Virus record (IMG/VR): IMGVR_UViG_3300032280_000090
Span: 1-58,609 of that record
DNA length: 58,609 nt
Source: a virus
Lineage: Duplodnaviria > Caudoviricetes
Strand: one strand, 5' to 3'
Each line of letters opens with the position of its first letter. Position 1 is the stretch's first letter. A program made the position numbers and the translations under genes. The notes beneath the pieces are model-generated. The model was given only the letters and a program-made list of their open reading frames with translations. It searched no databases and was not told where the DNA came from. Below are positions 44,112 to 54,466 of this stretch, in pieces.

Positions 44112-46250
44112 TTAGCAGGGATTTGCTGTTCTATAAAGGTTAGCGGCTGTCGTAGCTTCTTGGGTTGCTATTGCTGAAGCCTGAGTCACCGCATCGCCTT
44201 CAGATACATAACTGATGTAGCTTGCCGTGGCAGTGGAAGAAACTGCCGGAACAGAAGATCCCCCACCGCAAGGAAGAGTTATTGTTCTGGTTTGCGTGCT
44301 TTTCCAAGAATTTATACCTTCTGGAACTTTTTCAGTAGATGAAGTTGCAAGATCAAATGTCTTTGACTCTCCGTTTTCGCCTACAGCACAATAAATAGTT
44401 TCATTCTGAGTATTATTACCAACCGATTTGTCAGGCCAAGGATCAAGATACATTCTTACCGAATCGACTCCAAGTGATCCACACCATTCAATTAAAAAGC
44501 TGAAGCACTTATCCACATCATTAGAGTTATATGATTCGCAAGAAGAATTTCCCAGCACTCCACTTATGTTTTGCGTTACAAGCCTTCTTGCTTGTGTCTG
44601 AAGGATTCCAAGGTCTTCTATTTCTGTTTGGTACGGAGTATTTTCATACTGGTATTGCTCGGTAACTGCCAAAATCCTCTTTTCAAGAACGCTTTGGTAT
44701 TGCCCCTTTGTACCTCTGAAGGAAACTTTAACATCCACAGTTCCTGCAATCTGACTGCAATCAACCTCCCCATAAGCCAGTTGCTTTAGATCCATTGTGT
44801 CACCAAGCAATCCTGTTTCAAACTGGCAGTAGATCCTATTAACCCTTTCTGTGGTGGTTCCATCTTGGTTAATCTCAAAGTATTTGTCCTCTCTTTCTTG
44901 AGAAAAAGCCTCCCATAGATGGTTAAAAGAACCATCCGAAGAAGGTGAATAATCTACTGAAAATGCAAATAGCTTTGGCTGATTGTTAATCATTCCAGAA
45001 GCCCACTCTACTGGCCTAATTCCTGTCCACACGCCCGACCATGCTGGTATTTTGTTTTGGTTCCATTCTGATGCAACCGCATAATCTAAAACCATCGTTA
45101 CGCTGTTTAGCTTTTCTAAATAAGGAATAGAATAAAGAACGTAATTCTCAAAAGATGCGGCACAGATTCCAGTATAATCTGATGGCATAAAACGCTTTGC
45201 TTTTGCCATTTCGATGTCTTTAAAAAGAACCTGACTTGAAAGGTATGAAGCCGAGGCAACGTCAACGCTTACTAAGCCACCCTGCGAATACCACCACATC
45301 TGACCAGCTTGGAATGCAATACTTTTTCCCGCAACGCATCCGATATGAGGAAATATGTTTCTTTGGAAGTTTGGGGTGTTTCCCCAAGTATCTCTATCTA
45401 AGATTCCACTGGATATTGCATAAGTTGCTTGGTCAGTGAACACATAAAGATTTGTTTCGTTATTTTGCCCAATATAATCTTGTAGCGCAGTAATTCTACG
45501 AGGAACACTAAAGTCACCTCTGCCTGATCCTGCTACTCTTTCTTCCCAACTGAGGGGGTCGGCTAGGTCTGAGGCTGAAATTATATTTCCATTTGCAACC
45601 CATAGTCTATTTCCAGAGTAAGCCATCCAATATCCAATGGGCATATTTGGAGCCGTGTTTCCAGTATTATTAGAACCATCCCAATAGCTAGGAGTATTAG
45701 TTCCATCTTGAATGATTACGACCCTATGTGAAGGTGTTATAGCCACTCCACCGCCGGAACTGATTGTTGCTGACCTAGTAGAAATAACAAAATTAATTTT
45801 ATCAGCATTGGGATTCATTGATATACCAGACAACCGATAATCTTCCCAATCTGACGGCTGAACCAATGGAAATGGAAGATAATAAACCTTACCATCTACA
45901 GCAAAAACAATATAAGGAATTTCTTCAGCTTGTACAGGTTTACCATTAGAATCAAATATTGTATTTATGTATGTTTCTCCAGCTCCATTAACCCCTGTTG
46001 AGATTAAAGATGATTGCGCTTGTTTGTTTGCATTAAAAACAACACCACCTTGGAGGTTTCCTGCTGGCAAAGATAATTTCATCGAATACCCTTGGCGAGT
46101 TTGTACCATTCCACCCCTGCAAGTGACATTTACACCCCACTTATATTGATTCTCTTGTAATGTCCAAGGATTCCTAACACTATTTGCACCCAAGAACCAA
46201 GCAGTAGAGCTTTTTACTTCTCTTCCTGACGTAATGTTTGGACTTTTCAT
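44112..46250 (-). CDS. Tail tubular B / head-closure (P22 gp10-like) beta-propeller protein
   Basis: 712 aa; NVTCRGGMVQTRQG, MAYSGNRLWVA, ASDLADP, IGCVAGKSI; follows the adaptor. Confidence 0.7.
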   Translation of the reverse strand: MKSPNITSGREVKSSTAWFLGANSVRNPWTLQENQYKWGVNVTCRGGMVQTRQGYSMKLSLPAGNLQGGVVFNANKQAQSSLISTGVNGAGETYINTIFDSNGKPVQAEEIPYIVFAVDGKVYYLPFPLVQPSDWEDYRLSGISMNPNADKINFVISTRSATISSGGGVAITPSHRVVIIQDGTNTPSYWDGSNNTGNTAPNMPIGYWMAYSGNRLWVANGNIISASDLADPLSWEERVAGSGRGDFSVPRRITALQDYIGQNNETNLYVFTDQATYAISSGILDRDTWGNTPNFQRNIFPHIGCVAGKSIAFQAGQMWWYSQGGLVSVDVASASYLSSQVLFKDIEMAKAKRFMPSDYTGICAASFENYVLYSIPYLEKLNSVTMVLDYAVASEWNQNKIPAWSGVWTGIRPVEWASGMINNQPKLFAFSVDYSPSSDGSFNHLWEAFSQEREDKYFEINQDGTTTERVNRIYCQFETGLLGDTMDLKQLAYGEVDCSQIAGTVDVKVSFRGTKGQYQSVLEKRILAVTEQYQYENTPYQTEIEDLGILQTQARRLVTQNISGVLGNSSCESYNSNDVDKCFSFLIEWCGSLGVDSVRMYLDPWPDKSVGNNTQNETIYCAVGENGESKTFDLATSSTEKVPEGINSWKSTQTRTITLPCGGGSSVPAVSSTATASYISYVSEGDAVTQASAIATQEATTAANLYRTANPC

Positions 46251-46251
46251 T

Positions 46252-49200
46252 TTAGAACATTACCTCATCAGTGTAATCGCCGTAAGTGATATTATTAATC
46301 TGCGGAGGTTGCATTGCGTGGCCTTCCAAACTTTCGTTTTGATTGCGAAGATAACCATAGGCAACAGCCCAATACTTTTGTGATTGGTCGAAGAAGTCTT
46401 TATCTTCTAAATCTACTGCGTGAAGTGCCGCCAAAATTGCCCTTTGATTCTCTAGTGGTATGTAATCATATTCGCTAGTAATCTGTGGAGCCTTGACCCT
46501 GTAAATAACCCTAGCCCACGAGCATTGTTTGCCGATCCTGATCCTTCTATACTTTGGATTGGTTTCTTTTGGGTGATACTGACCAATCAACGCCATGTCG
46601 TTGCTCCTTCCATTGTCGAAGGCATACAGACTTACATAACCCAATGTTTCAGGCTTTTCTATGTGGTAGATGCTCTTGATTAACACTGGTTGTAGAATCA
46701 CATCCGTAAAGAATGTGCTGCTCACAAAATTTCCAATGTCATAGAATGTGATTCTGCCAGTTGTCGAAGCAACATTCAGCGCATTGCTTGATGTATTGTA
46801 GAGTTCAATAAGGTTATTTCCAATAGCTCTAGCGTAGTAGTAGTTAGGAGATTGAAGTGTGCTTTGCAGCAATCCAGTAGGAAGAACATCATTTTGATTC
46901 GGCCTAACAGTCAGTTGGTCGCCAGTATTGAAAAGGCTATTCGTTACTTGGATATTTGTGGAAGGCTGGATTGTAAAATCCCTTCTAATTAGAAGATTTA
47001 ATTCACCGATCTGCAAAGTTGGAATTCCGTTTTGAGAAAAAACAATAGGTGTTCCATTTTCCTCTTTTACGGATAGATATTTACCATTAGGGCTAACTAA
47101 ATAGTTTGTGTTTGCGTTTAAAGGGAATGGTAATGTTCCTGTGGTTCCAAATTGAACCCTAGTATTACTTTCAATATATTCATTATATTCTACAAACAAA
47201 AGATTGTTGTACGCTTTAGCATAGGCTGGAACACGAATAGCATAATAAGTCTGACCAGTTCCTAGTTGACTGATTGCTATGAGTCCTAGAGTAGAAGTTG
47301 TTGCTAAAGCATTTGCTTGTGAATTGTATAACTGAACAGAAGTATTATTTAATTTCCGAATGTAATATAGAACATTATTACTAACTCCAGATGGCAGAAG
47401 GTAGTCGGAATCTAAATAAACACCCTGACCTGTTGTTATTCCTGAATAATCCCCATTCCAAATAAAGTTAAAGCCAACCGTGAAAGACCTAGAGATAGCA
47501 AGGAAGAAATTTCCTGTTGGCGCACTTGTTATGTTGATTGATTTTCCTTCTGTTGTCTTAACAGTAAAGTTTCCTGTAGATGTGTTTAATGGTGCTTCAG
47601 CTTTATACGCAACACTGGATTCAAGAGGAGCAGGTAATGATCCTGTAGAAACAAACTCCACAAAAACTCCAGTGGATGCTGTAATAGTGACATCTGGTAC
47701 TGATGTGTAACCTGTTCCCTCTGTAATAATGTTTACTGAAGTAACAACTCCTGTATTTGGATCTGCAACAGCAGTTGCAGTTGCACCAGTTCCACCGCCA
47801 CCCGTGATCGTAACTAAAGGATCAGTTGTGTAACCAGAACCAGCGTTGGTTATTGTGAATTTAGAAACAAGAGAAGTTTGGATTGTAGCTGAAGCTGCTG
47901 CATTTCCAGAAGAAAATGTGATAGTTGGTGCTGTTGAATAACCAGAACCAGCATTAGTAAGAACAATGCTTCCAACTTTATCGGTTGGACTTCCAACGCC
48001 ATCGGGAACCATAATTGCGTAGCCAGTTGCTGGATTAGCGATTTGCCCAGCTCCTTCAGGGGGAGATGGTGGAGGACTAAATAAAATTGTTGGTACTACT
48101 CCTCTTGTGTAGCCGCTACCTGCGTTTGATAGGTTGAGTTGAACAACTGAACCAACAACTACCGCCGTTGCCTTTGCTCCTGAACCAGAAGGTGCTGAAA
48201 TAGGAAATCCGGCGGCAGTAATTTGCGATGTGCTTCCTATTACTGATGTTGCAGGGATAAGTTTTACAAGGGCATTTACTCCTGTGCCATTATCGGTAAG
48301 AATAACTGGATTCACCAATAGGCTACCACTGGAAGCCTCCGCATCCGCAAGATTCGTATGCAAGGAAATTGTTAAAGTATCTATTACATTTACGAAATAC
48401 TTCTGGCCTGAAATCAATGGAGCTGGAAGCGTTCCTCCAGAAGAAAATGCTTGCACTTCATCGCCATTTAAATAGTAGTGACGCACATTGAACTTTAGTG
48501 TGGTTTGGGGAGCAATGGGCTTTCTTATATCCACATTGAACTTACCACTGCTTCCAGACATTAATACTGGATTAGACTTATTTTGAGCGTCTGCAAAAGA
48601 ACTATAAATGAGAAGATTATCTGCGTCTTGAGGGTTTGCGTAGTATGTTGCGTTAGGAATTAAGGGGGTTGGAAGCGTTGCGGAAAAGCCCTCTTCAGAA
48701 CTTGTCGAAAATGATACAGAGTTTGGAGTGTCGATTGCTACCGATGGGGCTGATATAAAATTAACCGCCGTAAGGAGGTTTGAGTTTCTACTATCTGTTA
48801 ATCTTATGGCTTGTGAATCAACGATGCTTTGGAGGCTAATTTTGTTAGCTTTGTATTGAGCGTCTAATGAGCTTTTATAAAGTGAGATTTCATTGGCATC
48901 TTCTACGCCGACATAATAAGTTTCTCCATTTACAAGGTTTTTTACAGCTCCGGCAATTTGCGTATAAACCGCAGATTGACCTGAAGAAAACTGGTGCGCC
49001 GTTGCTGAAATAAAGCGAGAAATTGGAGATACTGCGACTTGCCTAGTGTCAATTCTAATTCCATCTGGAATGATTGTCCCATAAGGGAAATCTCCTTGTG
49101 AATGAACATCTACAAGAATTCCATCAATTGTTTTTCCATCTTGTAATTGTGTTCGCAACTCTCTGTTGTTTGAATCAGTTCCAATCAATCTTATTTGTTT

Positions 49201-49587
49201 TCCTGCATCAGCAGAATGTTCTGCAACAGCAAGTATCTGACTTGGCTGGCGGATGTCCATGATTGTGCTTACAAATCCCCTGTCATCCCAAGCCCAATCA
49301 ACAGAATTATACATTCCCCCTTTATTGACATGATACTGGAAAAGCCTTCCCCTAAAATAAGTTGGCGAGCCATCTACATTCACCGCCAAAGGAACCTCAA
49401 TGCCCCTAGGGAGCGTTATTGTTTGTCCATCCCACCCTGTGCAAACATCGACCTCTGAATTAGTGTGCAGGTAGTGTCCAGACTCCATAAGAATCTGGAC
49501 GGCCTGCGTTAGCTTCCTAAATACTTTATCTTTATCAGTTGTGGCTAGTATCTCGGAAGCCTCGTCAATAATTTGCGAGACAAACAT
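46252..49587 (-). CDS. Head-tail adaptor (tail tubular A-like) with a large repeat insertion
   Basis: Adaptor-like helical termini (IIDEAS..LTQAVQILM; AILAALHA..YWAVAYGYL); about 7 LP.PL...YY domains and 4 G(S/T)GY(T/S) repeats in between. Confidence 0.6.
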   Translation of the reverse strand: MFVSQIIDEASEILATTDKDKVFRKLTQAVQILMESGHYLHTNSEVDVCTGWDGQTITLPRGIEVPLAVNVDGSPTYFRGRLFQYHVNKGGMYNSVDWAWDDRGFVSTIMDIRQPSQILAVAEHSADAGKQIRLIGTDSNNRELRTQLQDGKTIDGILVDVHSQGDFPYGTIIPDGIRIDTRQVAVSPISRFISATAHQFSSGQSAVYTQIAGAVKNLVNGETYYVGVEDANEISLYKSSLDAQYKANKISLQSIVDSQAIRLTDSRNSNLLTAVNFISAPSVAIDTPNSVSFSTSSEEGFSATLPTPLIPNATYYANPQDADNLLIYSSFADAQNKSNPVLMSGSSGKFNVDIRKPIAPQTTLKFNVRHYYLNGDEVQAFSSGGTLPAPLISGQKYFVNVIDTLTISLHTNLADAEASSGSLLVNPVILTDNGTGVNALVKLIPATSVIGSTSQITAAGFPISAPSGSGAKATAVVVGSVVQLNLSNAGSGYTRGVVPTILFSPPPSPPEGAGQIANPATGYAIMVPDGVGSPTDKVGSIVLTNAGSGYSTAPTITFSSGNAAASATIQTSLVSKFTITNAGSGYTTDPLVTITGGGGTGATATAVADPNTGVVTSVNIITEGTGYTSVPDVTITASTGVFVEFVSTGSLPAPLESSVAYKAEAPLNTSTGNFTVKTTEGKSINITSAPTGNFFLAISRSFTVGFNFIWNGDYSGITTGQGVYLDSDYLLPSGVSNNVLYYIRKLNNTSVQLYNSQANALATTSTLGLIAISQLGTGQTYYAIRVPAYAKAYNNLLFVEYNEYIESNTRVQFGTTGTLPFPLNANTNYLVSPNGKYLSVKEENGTPIVFSQNGIPTLQIGELNLLIRRDFTIQPSTNIQVTNSLFNTGDQLTVRPNQNDVLPTGLLQSTLQSPNYYYARAIGNNLIELYNTSSNALNVASTTGRITFYDIGNFVSSTFFTDVILQPVLIKSIYHIEKPETLGYVSLYAFDNGRSNDMALIGQYHPKETNPKYRRIRIGKQCSWARVIYRVKAPQITSEYDYIPLENQRAILAALHAVDLEDKDFFDQSQKYWAVAYGYLRNQNESLEGHAMQPPQINNITYGDYTDEVMF

Positions 49588-49595
49588 GGGTTATA

Positions 49596-49895
49596 TTATC
49601 GTCCGGCACTTGCCTCTTCAGCCATATCCTTGAGGAATTCCTCGTCACCTGCTGTTGCAGGAGGAGCCATTGGCGCAGTTGGCTCGACAGGGGCTGGTGT
49701 TCCGGCGGCTTGCTGTTCTACAGACTGAGCGAGCTGGTCAAGACCCATAGCCAATTGCGAAACAATCTCACGCATAGCGTTAAAAGCCTCACTAGGCATG
49801 GAAATCATTACTGATCCAGCGTCTTGTGGAGGAGGAACAACAGGGGCTTCTGGCATTGGCATCTCGGCTGGTGGCATTGGAGTCTCTTCGGGCAT
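49596..49895 (-). CDS. Pro/acidic hypothetical protein
   Basis: 99-aa ORF. Confidence 0.6.
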   Translation of the reverse strand: MPEETPMPPAEMPMPEAPVVPPPQDAGSVMISMPSEAFNAMREIVSQLAMGLDQLAQSVEQQAAGTPAPVEPTAPMAPPATAGDEEFLKDMAEEASAGR

Positions 49896-49915
49896 ATTAT
49901 TAAGTTGGTTGGTTT

Positions 49916-50362
49916 TTAATCTTCAGTTTCTTCTTCTTGCTCATCTTCTGAATCCGCATCAGTAGAAACTTCTTTTGAGGCTTCTTTTAAACCTTCTTCA
50001 ATCGCATCCTCATCATCTGGATAAATTTCTTTTGTTTCGTATGTTGCATCTTCTTCAGATGGTTTGATGCCGTGAATCTCTAGCTCAACGCAGTAATTGG
50101 AAATAGTTTTTCCATCTTTTTCCATCTTTTCTTCACGCTCCATAACCTTCTTGTAGTGAATTACAGCGGTTCCTTCTTTCTTGAGTTTACTCATACCCTC
50201 TGGAGCATTTGAGAAATACAAAGAAGGATAGTGAATGTTTCCTTTTGCTTCTTCAGATGCTGCTGTTCTTTCTGAAATCTGAATCAATGGGTGATTCACA
50301 ATTTCTTCACCAAGATCCAAGAAACCTTCTGGTAGGGATTGTTTTTTTGTGCTTGTTTCCAT
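49916..50362 (-). CDS. Acidic hypothetical protein
   Basis: 148-aa ORF. Confidence 0.65.
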   Translation of the reverse strand: METSTKKQSLPEGFLDLGEEIVNHPLIQISERTAASEEAKGNIHYPSLYFSNAPEGMSKLKKEGTAVIHYKKVMEREEKMEKDGKTISNYCVELEIHGIKPSEEDATYETKEIYPDDEDAIEEGLKEASKEVSTDADSEDEQEEETED

Positions 50363-50413
50363 TTTTTAATTTCTAAGGGATATAATCATTGTTTTAATCG
50401 CTCGGCAATACAA

Positions 50414-51658
50414 TTATCGAACTCTCCTAGCAAATATCCTTCCGAATGCACTTACAGTTCCAGCCGTAAATGTCGCCCTTGCCACTAGATAGATGAATGT
50501 CTGCGATGCCAATGAAAATCTTTGACTAGGGATCACAAAGCCGAAAGTTCCAGTTTTCGTTGTCAAGTCTAGCGTTTGAACAGCAAATGTATTTTCTGCT
50601 CCAAGGGTATCACTTGTTGCACTTGCCCCTCCAGTATAACCAGTAGCTCCAAAAACAGAGGTTGCTCCAGCGAGAACGAAACTAATATTTCCTCCGATTT
50701 CCCAATCTCCAGCAGTTAGGGTTATAACTGTTACATTCTTTGCTGTCGCAGTCACCAACGCTACGGCAGATCCGCTTGCAATAGATGCGGTAACATATTG
50801 ACCTTTAAATCCAGCAGCGGCAGAACTATTTGTAGTAACGCCAAGTTGATCGGTTCCCCAAACAGGGGCAGCATTTCCACCGCAAATTAAAATTAATCCT
50901 GCTGTGCTTGAAGGAAGCAATTCCGTGGTGTTTGCCGCTGTTTGATATGGAATTGAACCGATTGTTCCTCCACGAACATTTGTTGCAGAACTTGCAATTC
51001 CAGTTAAATTTGACGTAATCGTATTTGCGCTAAAGTTTCCGTTGTTGTCACGCAATACAATTCTGTTAATTTCGTTAGCTGAAGTTGGATTTCCGGCTAG
51101 TTTTACATTAGCTATTGCGGCAACAGCACTAATTTCTTCATTCGTTATGGAGTTATCAGCAATACTACCAGCCGTTATGCTGTTCGCAGGTAGAGAAACA
51201 CTTCCAGTAACTGTTAGACCTGTTGTGGTTAACATCCCTGCGCTATTCCAAGATGGCCCACCTGTGGAAAGATAACTAGGTAATACAGATCCGCTAGGGA
51301 GAGTTAGTGAGCCAGACGCAACTAGGTTAGAAACTGTTGGGCTATTAATGATAGGAGATGTGAGCGTCTTGTTTGTTAATGTTTGCACTCCATCAAGTGT
51401 AACTGGCGCAATTAAGGTATTATTAAAAGCCCTTATCATATAACACAAAAGCCCCTCTCCTGCATTCCTAGGAAGACTACTGATTTGCGCTGTATTGTTC
51501 GGATCACATGGGATGTTCCAAACTACCTGACGATTAACAACAGATTTCGTTACATTATCACCATAAAGTGCAGATACCAAATTGTTAATAAGGCTTGGAA
51601 CTGACTCATTGCTTACTGATGGGTAGGGAATGTCTTTTCTGCAAGTTTCGTGGCTCAT
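50414..51658 (-). CDS. Tail fibre protein
   Basis: QTLTNKTLTSP fibre motif, G/S/T-rich; N-terminal domain paralogous to 53364..54140. Confidence 0.7.
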   Translation of the reverse strand: MSHETCRKDIPYPSVSNESVPSLINNLVSALYGDNVTKSVVNRQVVWNIPCDPNNTAQISSLPRNAGEGLLCYMIRAFNNTLIAPVTLDGVQTLTNKTLTSPIINSPTVSNLVASGSLTLPSGSVLPSYLSTGGPSWNSAGMLTTTGLTVTGSVSLPANSITAGSIADNSITNEEISAVAAIANVKLAGNPTSANEINRIVLRDNNGNFSANTITSNLTGIASSATNVRGGTIGSIPYQTAANTTELLPSSTAGLILICGGNAAPVWGTDQLGVTTNSSAAAGFKGQYVTASIASGSAVALVTATAKNVTVITLTAGDWEIGGNISFVLAGATSVFGATGYTGGASATSDTLGAENTFAVQTLDLTTKTGTFGFVIPSQRFSLASQTFIYLVARATFTAGTVSAFGRIFARRVR

Positions 51659-51665
51659 AATTTAA

Positions 51666-52853
51666 TTAAGTTATCGTCCATCCCTTGTTTGTGGCAATTG
51701 CTTTATCGTCATTAGTTAGATTATTAAATCCAATACACTTACTTATGCGTAATTTTGCACCAGCGTTAGCCAATCCTAAATTTGTCATTATTTCTATTAA
51801 TGTTTCTCTTGTAAACTTTTGTTGTTGTGAAGCATCATTACCAAATCCATCAAATTCCAGAGTGTTTTTCATTCCCACAGCTTTAAATCCTCTTGTGCGA
51901 AGGTCCATAGTGAGATTTGTACTGTTGTAAGTTCCAGTAGCAGATGAAAAACTTAAATCTAGGGCTGGAAATTCTAACAAATTACCACATCCTAAAAACA
52001 TTCTAAAAATATTGGATGGAGTCCCAACAATATTTGCTTTATATAAATTAACACAACCCCGAAAACTACCGTTCATATCTGGAGTACCAGTTAAAACTAT
52101 TGGGGGTGTTGTAGTTATAGCACTACAACCTTCAAACGCAGTTATAAAATTATTAAAAACGCTGTAGTCGATATCAGGAAGGTTGATTAATGATGAACAC
52201 CCTCGGAATGCGACTTGATCACTTACTAGATTTGCTGTAGAAAAATTGGGAATATATTTCAGATTTGGGCAATCAGTGAAATTAGCAATAGTTATCGATT
52301 CATATCCAAATTCAATAGAAACTAAAGAAGGACAACTCGACACAAATTCAATTTTACACATCATTTTAGCGTGCTGTAATCTTGGCAGACCATTAATCCA
52401 ATTAGTGTACAACAATGCTCCTGACGCAACCACTTCTAATGCTCCCAAAGTTTCATATCCACCATCTCCATATATAGCTGTTAAATCATTTCCAGCTTGT
52501 GGTGTTATAGTAATTACTACTTGCCTATATCCTTCTGTCGTTTGAGTTGAAGATGGGATAGAACTAAATACATAATCATGTTGTGCAATAGAACCAACAG
52601 AATAATTTTCAATACTTCCATCACCCCAATTTATAATTACATTATCGCCTGTGGCAAAAATAGCCTTGTTATAATTTGAATTATCAACAGCAAATAGAAC
52701 AGCAAAAATTTGCTGAGTTCCATCAACTTCTGGCAATGGAAGCCAATCGCTAGGCCGTGTCCATACATCTCCTCCTGATGGAGTTGGTGTATTATCATAC
52801 TTATTAATATCGACTGAAACACCATCTGCTGAATTAATTTTTATACTACGCAT
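51666..52853 (-). CDS. Putative receptor-binding protein with BspA/DUF285-like LRR repeats
   Basis: WTRPSDWL, INWGDG, repeats AFRGCSSL/AFEGCSAI/SFRGCVNL/MFLGCGNL, IATNKGWTIT. Confidence 0.7.
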   Translation of the reverse strand: MRSIKINSADGVSVDINKYDNTPTPSGGDVWTRPSDWLPLPEVDGTQQIFAVLFAVDNSNYNKAIFATGDNVIINWGDGSIENYSVGSIAQHDYVFSSIPSSTQTTEGYRQVVITITPQAGNDLTAIYGDGGYETLGALEVVASGALLYTNWINGLPRLQHAKMMCKIEFVSSCPSLVSIEFGYESITIANFTDCPNLKYIPNFSTANLVSDQVAFRGCSSLINLPDIDYSVFNNFITAFEGCSAITTTPPIVLTGTPDMNGSFRGCVNLYKANIVGTPSNIFRMFLGCGNLLEFPALDLSFSSATGTYNSTNLTMDLRTRGFKAVGMKNTLEFDGFGNDASQQQKFTRETLIEIMTNLGLANAGAKLRISKCIGFNNLTNDDKAIATNKGWTIT

Positions 52854-52854
52854 A

Positions 52855-53364
52855 TTATGTCAATTCTGTAACATGAAGATCCCCTGCTCCTGTGCAATTT
52901 CCCTGAAGTGCAAGAATAACGCCAGTTATTGTTGCGGTATCTCCAGCTTCCAATAAAATAGAATAATTGCTTGAAGAGGCAACTCCAGATCCGAAAAGAA
53001 CATATACCACAGATCCATTCACATCATTAGAAAGAATTATGCTTTTTCTGTTGGTGTTACTTGCTAGGATTTGCGTCGATGCCCCTATCGAAGAAAAATT
53101 GCTAGTGGTTGCAGATGAAGCAGAGTTTGGAAGTCCATCATCAAAATAGATTGTTAGTTTATCCCCTGCCGTTGGTGCTGTTGCTACAGTGATTGTAGAG
53201 TTTGCGGCTTGCGTGTATGCGGTTGGGGCAGGGCCAGATACAGAATAATGAATAAATCCAGTAGTTGCGTTTGCCACAAGTAAGATTTGATTCAATGGAA
53301 CATTTACCCCTGTTAATGTGATCTGTGCGCCATTCAGCGTGTATGTCTTTACGAGTTGTTTCAT
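52855..53364 (-). CDS. Putative virion structural protein
   Basis: Beta-rich; ILASNTNRKSIILSN motif. Confidence 0.6.
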   Translation of the reverse strand: MKQLVKTYTLNGAQITLTGVNVPLNQILLVANATTGFIHYSVSGPAPTAYTQAANSTITVATAPTAGDKLTIYFDDGLPNSASSATTSNFSSIGASTQILASNTNRKSIILSNDVNGSVVYVLFGSGVASSSNYSILLEAGDTATITGVILALQGNCTGAGDLHVTELT

Positions 53365-54140
53365 TATGATAGTGCGATTGCAAAGGCGATGGCCTGTTGT
53401 GGTGTTGCGGCTCCCACGTTAGCCGCTGTGATTGTTTTAAAGGTCGGCACTGATGTTCCATTGCTTCCTAGAAATTGACCGCTTGTTCCGTTTGCAATGA
53501 ATCCTGTAACGCTGGGTGATATTTGATATGGAATTTGGCTTGCGTCTCCACCAATAAGGTCGTCTGCAGATGCGCTTACTGTTGCATTCGTAATCCATTG
53601 CACCCCACCGCTTCCATTTGGCGACAAGACCTGCCCTGCGCTACCTATAGGGAGATATGCGGTGACTCCTACGCCCGATTGGTAAGGCAGAGAACCTTGC
53701 GCTCCCCCAGCTAATGCAGTCGATTTTCCTGCGGTAATAGCAGAGAAATTTCCATTTGAAGCTACAGCAGATCCAAAATTGATAGTGCCAGATACGCTAG
53801 AATTATTTAGCGTCTTGTTGGATATTGTTTGGACGCTTGATAAATCAACAAGATTGGCAAAATTAAACGAGTTAAACACTCTAATGAAGTAACATAAAAG
53901 CCCTTCTCCTGCGTTTCTAGGAAGTCCACTAATTTGAGCCGTGTTGTTTGGATCGCAAGGGATAGTCCAAACAATTTTCCCGCTTGTGACATTCTTTTCT
54001 ATCTGCCCATAAAGTGCCGCAACAAGGTTATCTATGAGGCTTGGAACAGACTCGTGCGAAATAATCGGATATGGGGTATCAGCATTGCAGGTGCTTTCAT
54101 AAACCCCATTATCATAGCCAGAATTGCATCCACAGGACAT
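53364..54140 (-). CDS. Tail fibre-like protein (paralog of 50414..51658)
   Basis: Shared ESVPSLI.NLV.ALYG...IPCDPNNTAQIS.LPRNAGEGLLCY; GSLPYQ repeats. Confidence 0.7.
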   Translation of the reverse strand: MSCGCNSGYDNGVYESTCNADTPYPIISHESVPSLIDNLVAALYGQIEKNVTSGKIVWTIPCDPNNTAQISGLPRNAGEGLLCYFIRVFNSFNFANLVDLSSVQTISNKTLNNSSVSGTINFGSAVASNGNFSAITAGKSTALAGGAQGSLPYQSGVGVTAYLPIGSAGQVLSPNGSGGVQWITNATVSASADDLIGGDASQIPYQISPSVTGFIANGTSGQFLGSNGTSVPTFKTITAANVGAATPQQAIAFAIALS

Positions 54141-54148
54141 ATTTCGTA

Positions 54149-54178
54149 GATCCTAATGATTGTGAAGCATAATGCAAG
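54149..54178 (-). promoter_or_regulatory. Putative sigma70 promoter for tail fibre genes
   Basis: Minus strand TTGCAT-16nt-TAGGAT just upstream of 54140. Confidence 0.4.
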
Positions 54179-54466
54179 TCACTTTTTGTTTCTGTTTAAC
54201 ACTTTAGATTGCACTATGATGCGATAGTGATTTGTGGGATAAGTTTTAAGTCCTACTGCGACTAGGAACTTTTTCGATTCAACCATGCCAGATTTTATCG
54301 CTGCTTTCATATCTTGCCGAGTAGTCGTGACGCTCTTTCCTGTTTCTTCAGCAATTTGTTCTATGGTGGCAAAACCGGAAGGTACGACGTCTGGCGTTTT
54401 AACATTTGCGGCAGTCAGGACAGTAGCCCAATCGTTTGGGGTTTTTTTTATAGAGGTAAATGCCAT
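54179..54466 (-). CDS. Winged-HTH-like protein
   Basis: TIEQIAEETGKSVTTTRQDMKAAIKSGMVE. Confidence 0.6.
   Translation of the reverse strand: MAFTSIKKTPNDWATVLTAANVKTPDVVPSGFATIEQIAEETGKSVTTTRQDMKAAIKSGMVESKKFLVAVGLKTYPTNHYRIIVQSKVLNRNKK

Noticed and set aside
51440-54060. DGR template/variable repeat pair in the fibre genes
   Set aside because: Differences are mostly synonymous and not adenine-specific, both copies are N-terminal coding sequence, and no reverse transcriptase is present
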